From contig JAPETS010000006.1 in assembly GCA_026023565.1 (NCBI GenBank), positions 124,001-188,000 on the forward strand: a DNA stretch of 64,000 nucleotides. Reading direction: 5' to 3'. The DNA comes from Cirrosporium novae-zelandiae (lineage: Eukaryota). The notes below the pieces were generated by a model, which made no database searches, was not told the DNA's origin, and was given only the letters and a program-made list of their open reading frames with translations. Shown here one piece after another: positions 1 through 12,671 of this stretch; the first letter of the stretch is position 1; the number at the start of each line of letters is the position of its first letter. The position numbers were made by a program, and so were the translations under genes.

Positions 1-823
1 TCAATTAGTTACGGAATATATCCATCTCATCTAGCTAGTTAATATCATTCTTATCTCGGGACTCCATAAACTACGACGAGCAATGGGGGCGTCTTGTAAC
101 TGATCCCGACTCAACTAATTGCTACAAAGTGTAGGAGAGTACCATAGTACTTGAGTTGAAGATGAAGATTCCAAAGCTGTTCTAATTTCTACCAGTACCG
201 CTAACCTGTTCCCCCTGCATCATTTCGTCCCCAATCCCACCCCCGTCTTCCCTTTCCAACCCCGTTTCCCCTCCTTTCAAAAGTACACCCCTAACAACAC
301 AAATCAGAACAGTCGCGACGGAGGCAGTTCATGCTTCTTTTTCTGTCACTTTACGGACCAATGAACTCCTCCATTTCAATGATGATAAACAACACCATCG
401 CAGCAGCATGCAGGGCAAGACAATATTCAAAATGCTTTGCTTTCCTTCTTCACCGCTTATTCGTTCCCTCCCGAATTTGCCCCTTCTCTAAATACACGTA
501 TGATAAACCCAAACTCCTTGCTCGGAAAACCAATGCAAAATATATATTTCTCAACAACCAAAAAAAAAGAACTGAATCTCAAAACCTTCCCAAAATAGTC
601 TTGCTCATCTTCTCCCCTCCAGTAGAGATGGCAGGGGATTGTATGTACAAGTGCAGGGGTTCCTACAATGTCCAGAGAAAATTAGGGAAAACCAAACAAT
701 AGAATGATATTGCTAAATGAGTGTACGTGACAAGCAATCAAGCAAGCCGAGTGATTTATCATGCCTCATGTCAACTTTCTTTTGTTGATCTAATGGAATC
801 CTTCACGGAAGAATTCAGCGGAT

Positions 824-2161
824 TCAAAGATCCATGCTCCATCTTTGTGGAAATATATTCGTCACGTCTTCTTGTTCGTCCACCCAAGGCGCCCATGATA
901 ACTCACTGGGAGTATACTTTTTGTTTTCGCGGATCCTGAGATCTCTTTCGTCATCGGAACCTGCTGGGGGTAGCGGAACCTTTGCTTCTGAAGCTGGTGA
1001 TACGGATTGTGAATTAAGGGTGGTAGAAGGCGTGGCTAGTTCCTGAAGAGCACGCAACGAAGGGGATCGAGAGGAGAGATTCTGTCGGGATTTCATAGCC
1101 TGTGAGGCGTGTGGGGAGGAAGAGCGTGATGCCGACGAAGTAAGAGAGTTTATTGTGGAAAGGGGAGGTCGAGTTGTGGTGGTCTGTGTATGCCTACGGC
1201 CGTGTGCGTTGGATGCAGTAAAATAATCATTAGGGCCATCGACTATGATGTCGGGTTTTATATGGACAAGATCAGGAATATCGATTGGCGGAGGAGGTCC
1301 TCTTCGTTTCGAAGAACCTTCTGAAGTCCGTCTAGGTTTCTCCGTCGACGGGAAGTTTCTATCATGTTTTTGTCCATTTAGCGTAGCTACGTCTTTCGAG
1401 CTCGGATCCTGGGATCTTCCTCTACTCCTCGTTCGTACGGAACCTCGACCATCAGTCCCCGCATTGCTGTTTAGGCGATGCCTTAAACTTGACCTGCTGC
1501 TATGCGATGTTCCTGACCGCTCACGAGTAACGGGTTCTTTACCGGCCATGACCTTCGCTCGCGGTGGAGGCTGCAACATCCATTGCACTTCTTTCCTCGA
1601 CCTACCAACCTTGGTTCCGGCAACTGGAGCTAATGGAGGAAGCTCCTTGTTCCTTCTTTTTCGTTGAGATCTCGACTTTCGAGGGGACGATGTAGACAGG
1701 CGCTCATCTGTACCTGGGAGTCCAATCGATGATCCATGGGTATTCGGGTAATCCTCGTCTTCGTCTTCGGTCTCCTGGCCCCATAATAGCTCGTCTGCGC
1801 GTTGATATCTCTTGCGATTCCAGTCAGATCCATCAGAATCATCACCTGCATCAGTAGGACTACCTACTACTGTGGTGCCTGAAGAGTTCACCGGACTGGT
1901 TGCTGTACGTGACGCCTCAATCTCCTTCTTCCTGCCTCGAGATGGGGTGGGACCAGCTATTATCTCATCCCGCCAGTATATATTGGTAGAGTATTGGACT
2001 GGCTGCGGGATAAGTCCCGGCTGTTGCATGACAAGTTGAGCATTTTCTTTCTTGGACTGATTTGCTTCTTTTCTTCGTTTGCGCTCGTGCATACATTGTG
2101 TACAGGGAGCACAAGAGACGTAAAAAAATATTGCAGAACGTATGCCTCGAGAGAGGGACAT
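824..2161 (-). CDS. Conserved fungal hypothetical protein (basic/Ser-rich, N-terminal Cys motif)
   Basis: Single long ORF with ATG at 2161. It has an N-terminal SAIFFYVSCAPC motif, TNIYWRDEIIAGP, WNRKRYQRADELLWG, WMLQPPPRAKVMAGK and a C-terminal RWSMDL, which I recognise as an unnamed Pezizomycotina family. Confidence 0.75.
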   Translation of the reverse strand: MSLSRGIRSAIFFYVSCAPCTQCMHERKRRKEANQSKKENAQLVMQQPGLIPQPVQYSTNIYWRDEIIAGPTPSRGRKKEIEASRTATSPVNSSGTTVVGSPTDAGDDSDGSDWNRKRYQRADELLWGQETEDEDEDYPNTHGSSIGLPGTDERLSTSSPRKSRSQRKRRNKELPPLAPVAGTKVGRSRKEVQWMLQPPPRAKVMAGKEPVTRERSGTSHSSRSSLRHRLNSNAGTDGRGSVRTRSRGRSQDPSSKDVATLNGQKHDRNFPSTEKPRRTSEGSSKRRGPPPPIDIPDLVHIKPDIIVDGPNDYFTASNAHGRRHTQTTTTRPPLSTINSLTSSASRSSSPHASQAMKSRQNLSSRSPSLRALQELATPSTTLNSQSVSPASEAKVPLPPAGSDDERDLRIRENKKYTPSELSWAPWVDEQEDVTNIFPQRWSMDL

Positions 2162-2970
2162 TTCCAACAAAAGTCGGATGAGAAGTAAAGGATCGATTTA
2201 GGGTCGGAGAAGGTCTTAGAAATTTATGTCGAGGAGCATTGGCCGAAGTGAGAGGAAGGACAGTTAAAGGGTTCGTTATATTGGGTAGGTACACTTCACA
2301 GTGCGGCAGGTTCAAAATGAGCCTGCGAATACAGTATTGATGACCAACATTCTTCGGAAAGGTAGGAACGTGATCTAGGTCATCATAGCTAATAAAGGTT
2401 TAGGCTACCAGTTATTTTAGCAAGGTACCAAGCGGATGTCGAGTATTTTCAAAGCGAGGCGAAGCGATATTAAAAGGAGTTGAATCTGATGGGATTATAT
2501 TGTTGTGGCTTCGGTGGTACCTGGGTGTTACAGGAAGGGTGTTGATTGGTTGCTTCCTTTGGAATGAGGTGCAGGTCAAGTTCGGGAAGAGCTCAGGAAG
2601 TGAGACCAGTAAGATGCTGGAGGTGATGGAAACGGATAAATTGGTTCAATTGAGAAGCTAGTTAACGGTGAAAAATAGTCGTAAGTGAATAAATATGATT
2701 GAATGCTGAAGTCGTTGTTGGTTGGTTATGATGTGATGTGATGTGAAGTTTGGTTGACAGAAGAAACGAGAAGAGAGAGAAAAGAGAGGAAGAAGAGAAG
2801 GATAAAGTGTATAGTGTGTATAATAATAGGCGGTACGAGTGTACGAGGCAGAGTTGTATTTGATTGATACTTGTTAAGTTCAGTACGTATATATGGTACG
2901 AGACAATTAGAATTAGGAAAGGAATGCGAGGGAAAAGGAAGAAACAAGGAAGGTCAAGTTTTCGCGATAG

Positions 2971-3027
2971 GTAAAGTCAAGTAAAGTCGAGTAAAATCAA
3001 GTAAAGTCAAGTAAAGTCAAGTAAAGT
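2971..3027. repeat. Tandem 10-bp repeat (GTAAAGTCAA) x~5.7
   Basis: Directly visible: gtaaagtcaa gtaaagtcga gtaaaatcaa gtaaagtcaa gtaaagtcaa gtaaagt. Confidence 0.9.
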
Positions 3028-3261
3028 GGTAAGGTAAGGTAATGGTCACGAAACCACGAAATGGGACAGCTGGGCTGGTGAAAAAAGTCACAGGGAAAGT
3101 AAGTCATTTTTGGATCGAGTGGCTTTAACTGTGAGGGGTTACGCTCCTTCCAACTTGGGTCTGACACTAACGTCACTATCTTTGATGCTGTCTTTGATGG
3201 GTGTTCCTTCAAGGCGTCCAATCTATCGTCTACAAATACATGGAATTATATTTTAGGGTAC

Positions 3262-3296
3262 GGTACTTGGTACTTGGTACTTGGTACTTGGTACTT
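3262..3296. repeat. Tandem 7-bp repeat (GGTACTT) x5
   Basis: Directly visible. Confidence 0.9.
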
Positions 3297-3388
3297 TCAG
3301 TTAGTTTACGTACGTACAACTCAACTTGCAATTGTTCTTTTTGTTTTGTTTTTATTTTTGTAAGTTAGGCACAACAAACCTTAGGGGA

Positions 3389-3391
<3 letters not shown>

Positions 3392-3428
<37 letters not shown>
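3392..3428. repeat. (AG)n microsatellite
   Basis: About 18 perfect AG units. Confidence 0.95.
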
Positions 3429-3434
<6 letters not shown>

Positions 3435-4345
3435 CAGTCCATCTCAGTAATCTCCTCCCCCCAATCCCCCAATCCCCCCCAATCTCACCATGATCCATTC
3501 ATCAACAATGCCCAGGCTTGGTCCACATGGCTTGTCGCTCATATTATTGCACTGCACAGCCACCTTGACCTTCATCTGCCACCCAACCAACTAACCATGT
3601 TGCTAGCTAAACTTCAGGGTCCATCTTTTTGCATCATTTTTTTTTTCTTTTTCTTCTTCTGTTTTCTTTCTTCTTGTTCTTCTTTTACTTCCTCTTGTCC
3701 AAAAATGTGGCACGTTTTTGCTGGTGAATAATAAATGAGTGTGTCATTATTATTACTATCATCATCATTACTGTTATCATTATTATTATTACTATTATTT
3801 TTATTATTATTATCGGCCCTTGGCAAACAACGACGGAAATAGAAATGTGGAAACTTGGAAACATGGAGTTAGGAGTCCTCCGTAACCGCTAACACCCCCC
3901 AACACACCATACTTGTCCCTAAAACCTGAGATTGATGCATGAAATATTTTAAAGTCTGGTTTCAAATCTACATATGCTTTGACCCTTTTTTCACTACTTT
4001 AATCCTTGATGCCCAACATTTTACTGTCCTGTGCCTTCACTGTTGAAACAAGCCTTCCTGGAAGCTGCCGAATTATTGTGGCATTCATCGCCTTTATTCC
4101 GTCGGTTAACATCTGAGGCACAGTCATGAAACACCATTGAAGAATACTGTGGAGCAGACAGACTACTATACTGTATATAAAATGTTTAAGCTTTCGTGAT
4201 CCTCCATCTCTCAATTCATTCCTTTCATTTATTTGGGACATCCACTTGTCGCCATCTGGCACATTGCCAAAACACTGGCAAGGAGAAAAACTATAGAAAG
4301 TAGTGCGACCAATATTCTTCCCTATCTCATTTCCATTCGTCCTTG

Positions 4346-6154
4346 CTACTCTCTCCGCACTTTATACCCCACAACAGGCCTACACCAGCCTCTGACCTCT
4401 GCACTGCCACTCTCCATCAGATCCTTTGCCACCTCAACCACGTCCTTGTACGCCTCTGGTGCCTCCTCCCATATCAAAGCCTTGTCAGAACACACGATCC
4501 ATGCCCCTCCGCTATTTGGCTTCCCTCCTGCTCCATGCATTTTAGGGCGAGGAATAGTACTAAGTAAAGCCATTGAAGGGCTTTCTATGGTCGTAGTTGG
4601 AGCATCACTGGGCTTGGAGGATGTGGCTGAGGAGGAAGAGGGAGGTATCAGCATCTCTTCCCATTTACCATTATATTTTGATTCTAGTGATGAGGCAGCT
4701 TTGACCCGGGACATCGCTCTGCCTGCTCCGTGGGCTAGAGATAGTGCGTTGTTGAAACCGTGAGCATTCGTTTCGGAAAATCTTGGTTGAAGGATTATCG
4801 TCGAAGTTCCTCGAGATCCAGGCAAGGGGAGAAGAGGTAAGGGAATATGAGTTTTGGGATTGAGGGTGGGAGCGGCGCCTTTGCGATGAATGAAGAAGGC
4901 TTGAGTATTTTCTTTTTCTGGTTTTTGTAACTCGGTTTGCTGCTGTTCTTTGTCGGATATTGAGAGTACTTCTAAAGATGAAGCTGGACAACCATCAGGT
5001 GGCCACGAAGACTTTTCCACATTGTTGTGCCAGATGTCTACTACTTTTCTCACTCTCACGGCTTCCCTCGCCCTTTTGACTTCTTCCTCGTTGACGTTGC
5101 CGTCTTCGTTTACGCCTAAAGCCCAAGACTCCTCTCCGGGCTCCAAACATGCAAGGAACCTTAGAGCAATAAGATCACGATTTGCTTCTGCCCATTCGCA
5201 TGCGCGATTATGATCTTTGAGATAGGATGAAGCGGTTTCAGAAGGATATGGCATTGATACATGACCTTCAGGTGTATACTTGGTGAGAATGAAGCCGCCG
5301 TAGCCACGCGATCCAGAGTGTATGAGGAGGAGAACTTCGTTCTCTTTGATCTCGAATTTCGGTCCCAGATTAGGGAGGGATCTGTTTATGCCCTCGACAA
5401 CCTGCAACTCCGCGAAGTGATTTCCAGTTCCAATCGTCCCGAGAGAGGTATCCCATTCTTCCCCAGCACTATAACTGTTCCCTTTCTTATCCGATAGCCA
5501 TGCTTCTCTAGCAACTTGACTTCTCCAGGCGCCCTCCAACCCCCTTAATTTCTCGACTATCCTTTTTCCCTTGTCTCCTTCTACATGTCCTCTAGCTAGC
5601 TTAGTTCGAAACCAGGCCATGCCACAACCAATATCGCCGCCGATTAAAGGAGGATGAATCCAGTTCTTAGATACGAAGACAGCACCAATAGGAAATTTAT
5701 TTCCAGGGTGGAGATCCGGTTGACCTACGGCATGTATGATCCCAGGCAACGTTTTTGCTGTATTCCGGAGTTGGTAGATGGAAGTTGAATCAACATATGT
5801 AGTTTGGGCTAGGATAGAAACTGTAGCGGCCATTTTCGGTGAATTGTCACCATCTCCAGCAGAAGACGCTTCCTCCCTCTTACCAACATATTCCTCGCCG
5901 GCAGAAATAAGCAATACGATATCATTTTCTAGAACCCTCGCCCAATCCTCTTCTGAGAGAAGTTCCTGTCCACTTCTTGCAACAAAGACGCGACTTGGCT
6001 TCTTCAGTCGTAGTTTCGACTGTGCAGCTTTGAATATGAGAGACTGATAGGAATTTGGAGCTTTGGGGTCATGTTTTGCAGATCCAGGAAGTATAAGAGG
6101 GGACTTGACGGATTGCTTTGCGTTAAGGGCTACGGTTATGCGGGTTGATGGCAT
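4346..6154 (-). CDS. rtcB: RtcB-family RNA ligase (RtcB2 / release-factor-H-coupled type) with extra N-terminal domain
   Basis: Intronless 602-aa ORF with RtcB motifs PDLHPG, GGDIGCGM, SLGTIGTGNHFAELQ, HSGSRG, DIWHN, HRKGA, PGSRGT, SLAHGAGR and EEAPEAYKD. Confidence 0.9.
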   Translation of the reverse strand: MPSTRITVALNAKQSVKSPLILPGSAKHDPKAPNSYQSLIFKAAQSKLRLKKPSRVFVARSGQELLSEEDWARVLENDIVLLISAGEEYVGKREEASSAGDGDNSPKMAATVSILAQTTYVDSTSIYQLRNTAKTLPGIIHAVGQPDLHPGNKFPIGAVFVSKNWIHPPLIGGDIGCGMAWFRTKLARGHVEGDKGKRIVEKLRGLEGAWRSQVAREAWLSDKKGNSYSAGEEWDTSLGTIGTGNHFAELQVVEGINRSLPNLGPKFEIKENEVLLLIHSGSRGYGGFILTKYTPEGHVSMPYPSETASSYLKDHNRACEWAEANRDLIALRFLACLEPGEESWALGVNEDGNVNEEEVKRAREAVRVRKVVDIWHNNVEKSSWPPDGCPASSLEVLSISDKEQQQTELQKPEKENTQAFFIHRKGAAPTLNPKTHIPLPLLPLPGSRGTSTIILQPRFSETNAHGFNNALSLAHGAGRAMSRVKAASSLESKYNGKWEEMLIPPSSSSATSSKPSDAPTTTIESPSMALLSTIPRPKMHGAGGKPNSGGAWIVCSDKALIWEEAPEAYKDVVEVAKDLMESGSAEVRGWCRPVVGYKVRRE

Positions 6155-7128
6155 GGTTGTAGATGAAGATGAGAAGATCAGGTCTAGAAATGAAATAGTC
6201 TAAACTAATAGCCGAAATGGAATTAGCGAGCAGTATCTTGAAAATCCAATGTGAACCCTTCCCCGAATATATCAAAGGTCGAAAAGATGTAAGAGCGAGA
6301 AAAAAATGCAATTTTTTAAATACTCAGGTTTGTTTGCCAGGATTTTTGAGCAACATATCAAACTTCATATAATGAGTCATAAAAACAGACAACGTCTAAG
6401 GAAAAGCCGCCAAAGGCTATTCGAATCACTTCTGTGTCAATACTAGACGAGGGACCTCGGCGTACAGGCCGTAGTGGAGCAATAGGAGACCCCAATATAT
6501 CAGGATTTGCTCTATTTAAAAGATTATTTAGTCCGTTATATAAAGGATCAATAGTCATCGTAATTTGCTTCTTTATCTACAGACCTTCAATAGCCTAGTT
6601 CATATAGCTAGCTTACGGTAGATATACAAGTTACGATTATTTGGCAAGTTTTTCTCAATCGCGCTTGCGTTCATCCATACTCACCCATAATTAGTCTATG
6701 AAGATAATCTGTAGGTCTCTCTACGTTCCAACGAAGTAGACATCATGGCAGTTAAAAGCTACATATTCAACTCCCTCTATTGTGGCTTCACACCGTCCTT
6801 GCTTTTGCCTGCATACAGATCGCAGGTAGGCAATCCACAAGGCTAGATTGCAATACAGGAAAATAGTAAAACCCACCGCATGTTCATAATTTGCGCGAAA
6901 AGGAACACCTGCAGAGACAAGAAAAGGAATATTGAAGCTAGGGACTACCGGATCTGCACTTGGTCGCCTCCTCGTTATTAAAACCCAAAAGCTCTTCTCA
7001 TGACGCTTAAAGTACCCTTAGAGAGGAGACAATGACGAGAAAGTTATGCAAGGATAATGGCTGTTCATTCTGTCATGATGATCTGGGAGACATGGACGCT
7101 GTGCAGCTTCGACAACCGAGGAGAGTGT

Positions 7129-7866
<738 letters not shown>

Positions 7867-9146
7867 CTAGGTCTAGAGAAAGAGAGGATTAGGTCGTACA
7901 AATGCCTGGGATAGATAAGTATCTGTTCGTGAATTCTTTTGGAGGGCGAGGATCGAGAAAGGAGATTTGAGGCAAGCGCGACTGGAAATGATGGCGGTAA
8001 ATAGTTTGATGGGTAGCCAGCAAGGAACTGGAGGGAAAGGGTGATGAAGCCAAGAGGCCACAGAGCAGCACGCCACTAGCTATCACGTGGGATAGGGAAC
8101 CAACGATAGAGATTGGAAGTACTCACAGGTGATAATCAAGATATTTCAACAATAGATGTTGTACTGAAGGGGCTCTCGCCGCTGGGGTGTTCGGTCGATT
8201 AAGGTAGTCTTGTCCACTACTAGATGGGGGATGAAGCCAGGTGATTTTAGATGGGATTGTGAAATTCCTCGGCTAGCGTAACTTCAGTCCTGGGCGGTCC
8301 TTGACCTTTATTTAAAGATAGCCCCCTCTTCCGCAATTTGACTTGCAGGGGGATAAGCAAAAAAGAGTCCACTCAAGATGGAAAAAAGACAACAAGTACT
8401 TTGGGATCAACAAAAAACAATGATATTTAAATCTACCACAACACTACCACAGCACTTTCCCGCCACTTTATAAAACAATTGGAGCTTAAGTCCACGTTTA
8501 CAACTTCAAGGTCCTGCCCGCATCGGATTCCTGGCGCCTAAATTCCCGGTCATGCTTATCTAAGGAGGAAGCTGTATTAAAACAGAAAAAAAAAACAAAA
8601 AACAAAAGGCCAAGGTGGCCATTGACATGAAGTGTCTAAGCTTCTAGGCTTCTAGGTTTCTAGGAATACTATCAAAATCTATCTTCTTGATTTATACGCT
8701 ACTCGTCCCGGAATTCTACGAGAAGCTGGTCAGCAGCCAGACTTTGCCATAAGATGAGAGAAAACTATCGATGCATAAAATGCATTAGTCCAGCAACGGG
8801 GTTCCGTTACCAGAAGAGTCGAGATCACGAGCATCAAAACAGCTTCTTTGTCTAGAGACCTAATCGATAACAAATGCGACTATAGTCCGTAATAAACAAC
8901 TTGGATTTATTTCAAATCACATTGCTTAAAAGCTTCTTCAATGGAAATTCTCGTGTATGAATATTACACCTCGATGTAGTTTGCAACAATACAACCCTGT
9001 ATGCTTGCAGCCTTGACCTTTCTACTTCATTGTCAAACATGTCATGTTCAACAGTCATTCATCGGTTTATGCCAATGGGGAACATTAGTGTATTCAAATT
9101 ACAACCCCGAGAGCCTTCTCAATCATATTGCGCAACCTAGAATCTC

Positions 9147-11366
9147 TCAGCTTGCTTTCTTTTTTGCTCTCCGGAACGGGATCTTTGAGATGTCAAATAA
9201 CATCTGGCTCATTGACCTGTATATGATCTTTCCTTCAACTGTGTCGCTGATAAGCCCAAAAATAGAAAGAGCAATAGCAGACAGAGCCAGAATGACCGCA
9301 AAGCATATCCAATACGTTTTTGCCGTATACACCCCTTCAAGATCTGTTATTTGAACCGAAAAGTAGCCTGTCATGAGGCTGACAGGCAAGAACAGGAGCG
9401 TTCCCTTCGCAAGAAGTATTGTGATTCGTGTGAGCCTCTCAACAGCCTGGGATTCTTTCAACCCAATAAGGTTAAAGTTCTGTGGGAAAACATAAGCCTC
9501 AAACTTTTGTTGGAGCTTCATATACTCACCAAAAAGACCAAAGATTCCTTTTCATCAAGGCAGTCCTGGATTTCACTAAGTGCATACAACCGAATCCGGT
9601 CCCGAAGCCTCTCAAACCGTACGATAGCAGCGGAGCTAAGAAGAACACCAAGAGTTGGTGGCTCGATTTCAGAGTTGATTTCGCTACCTGATGGTTGGTG
9701 GGATAATGGAGTGGCGCCGTTAGGAAGATTTGAATCACTATGTATATTCACGGTGTTAGAAATGAGAAGTTGTTGCCTCTCAAGGATTCTGTCAATGATC
9801 AACTCATAGCTTTTATATATTCGTTTTAGTACCCCTAGTTGACGACCAATAGTGTGAAGTCCTGCTACCTTATCAGAAAATGTGTGTCATTGTAGAATTA
9901 ACTGGATGCCTTACGATTAATGTGATCCAGGTCTGGCTTATTTGACATTTCCTTCCGCTACATGGAATTAGCATATCAACATCAAGTTCAACGACTCAAT
10001 GGGTACATACGAGAATCTCAAGGCGGGTTCCGTACTGATGCTCCCTCCGGGCAACAAGACCGTAACTCGAGAACCAATCATCAAAGAGGTAATAGAACAA
10101 AAGACTCGCTTTATTCTTTGCAGCTGCATCTCCGTTGTGGTTTGACTGTCTAGACACTGGAAGCCCATGCCTAATAGGTAGTGCTAAAAGGGGATTTTGT
10201 AATTCGTGCATAGAAGAGGATTCATCAGCATCTGACAATTGCTTGAAGACGTTCAGAAGATTTCTTCGTGTAACTTCAAGTATTTGTTCTTGAGGCTCAC
10301 TCAGAGCACCACGATGATGTGGGAATGGATTTTCTTGAATCGTGATCACAGTAGCTGTTGTTTCAATGTCAGCCTTTTGATGATTGGCTAGATTTGGGTG
10401 GCCCAATAATACCATCATCACAAATGATCAACCACATCCAAATTCTTTTACCGTTTGGGAAGTCAGGACGCGACTCGTTTTCAGATTCGTCTCCTTTTGG
10501 ATCTTGAACCTCCTGTAGGGAATTATAGCCTATACATAGATCTAGAAAATAAAGGCCTCAGCATTTTAAGGCTAACCGCCAGAATCGAACACCCACATTT
10601 CTCCCCAGGATCAACGGACATAAAATGCCATACTTCGTCAACGATTTGGTAATGATTTAGACCAAGGTTTAATTCTTCTCCATTGCCCGATAATCTGGCC
10701 TCCATTGGTATTCCTGTTTCTTCGTCGGGATCTTGACGTAAAAACCTTAGACGCGCTGGACGTCTGAAAGGGAAATGGATATGGCTCCTTGTAGATTCTT
10801 CTGGTTTAGCCCCTAAATTAGGATGAGGTTCACACATCAAACCTTGAAGACGAGGAGAAAAGCCATATACGTCGCCAATAGCCTAGCAAGTTAGCATTAA
10901 ATCGGTAAGTTTTAGAGGGAATGATCACCCTGACAACATCTGGCCGTAGCTCTGGGCTCCAGATATTTCTTTATGCATCAAGTCAGCATGGACTAGCTTC
11001 CCTTCAAATTGTGTTCATACATCCATCTAGCGTCTACTGATTCCAATTTCTAACGAATAAACAGGACATAAGTAAAGCTCCCCGGATTGGGAAAGGCGTG
11101 CCCATCTAGGAACTCACCTTCTTCGTCAATAAGGTGGATACGTCCTCTGATTCAAGGTTAAATGCGGTCCGCGCTTCACAATCTCCAAATTTTACCACGA
11201 AATTTTTTGTATTGAAATCTTTTGCTTTATTTAATAAATGTGGAAAGTATCGTGGGTCGTCATGGTTTTGAAATTGTTGATCTGGTGCAGAAGCACCTGT
11301 TTCTCGGTCATACACTGGCGATGGCCTGCTGGCTATAGCTTGAGAATCGACATTGGACTGCGCCAT
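9147..11366 (-). CDS. CorA-like (2-TM) fungal membrane protein, multi-exon
   Basis: Spliced ORF segments end in ESQAVERLTRITILLAKGTLLFLPVSLMTGYFSVQI plus a second TM helix, which is the CorA-type FLP..GYFS signature. ATG is at 11366 and internal exon boundaries are approximate. Confidence 0.75.
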
Positions 11367-11726
11367 TGTATCATTGGAGCCTTGGGTGGATGAATGGTGG
11401 GGTTTCAACGATAAATGCAGTTGGCATGCTCTCCGCTTGTAAACATTTCAGAGGAAGCACATCACCTTCCTCTTGAACTACCTGCAAGAACATCGTAAAG
11501 GGAGTCAGTGCTAGGACGTATAGGTGTGACAACTCGGCTGCTTGCAAGGCTGAGGCTGAGGCATGCAAATAAGGAAGCTCTGACATCTTGGCGTGGCCCA
11601 TCTATAACCAGTCGGTTCTATATGACCGATTGATCTCCCACCCTTTATGATAATTTTAAATATTCGAGTCATACCGTTAAGTTTGAGTATATTCTACTGA
11701 GCTTTTTACTGTGAATTCTCCTAAAT

Positions 11727-12434
11727 ATGGGATTATCTCTAGGGTTTAAGTTGTGGGCTCTGCCTAAAGAATACCCGGATGATAAGGCAATACACGCAGC
11801 ACTTCAATCTTTCAAAACTCTGCGCCTGAAAGCTCTAGAGCTTGAACCAAGCGCATTTGCTTCAACTTATGAACGAGAGATTGCCTTTACGGACGATATC
11901 TGGATTGATCGTTTGCAGAATCCTTGAGTAAAACAAATTGTTGGTACCTTGACGACTGGGCAGAACGATATCCAAGAGAAGTGGGATCCTTCTAGATGTC
12001 AAGCCGAATGGTCAGCCATGATTGCTATTGTTGGACCAATCCCATCAAACTCGGGGACCCTCGTTGGCAAAGCACCGGACTGCCACAGACAGTCTAACGT
12101 TGATGCCAAGTTCGTACTCCAGTTTTTGATTAATGGCTTGTTTGTCCTTCCTACTGCACGTTACATAGGACTCGGACAGGCGCTTATTCAAGCGGCATTG
12201 GAGGCGACAGAACAGGATGAAATCTGTGCCGATGCCCCTTGTATCAAAGTCACAGTTCTGGTGCACCCATCAAATACTGCTGCTCGAAAACTGTATGAGA
12301 AATGTGGCTTCAGGAATGCCTCGATACAAGAGTATGAAGTAAGAACAGGGACTAAAAGAATGGCAGTATCCCTCGAATATGATATTTATCCAAACCGCGG
12401 AGGTATCCTAGTGCCCTCCACAGACCTCAGGTAA
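11727..12434 (+). pseudogene. GNAT acetyltransferase interrupted by one in-frame TGA (11925-11927)
   Basis: ORFs 11727-11927 and 11949-12434 are in the same frame. Motifs are LRLKALELEPSAFASTYERE, GLFVLPTARYIGLGQALIQA and VHPSNTAARKLYEKCGF. Confidence 0.75.
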
Positions 12435-12671
12435 CTTAAAAGGCTCACCAATATCTTTGTGTTCACTAACTCCTTGTTAAATTTGCTGCACTGAAACACA
12501 TTATAATCTATATTGGATACCTACTAGTTTGTCTAATATATCTCATGTTCTGTATACTAGAACTATCATCAGCAATGCACCAACTATGCCACTTTTTTTT
12601 TTCACCACAAGGGCTTTACAGGAATTCAACAGAAACTGTCACAAAAGAACAAATCAGAGCAGGCTTGCAAC

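Noticed and set aside
331..702. 123-aa ORF and other short intergenic ORFs (e.g. 3614-3826, 6358-6558, 53043-53342, 60982-61444)
   Set aside because: They translate low-complexity or UTR-like sequence, with no motifs or splice support.
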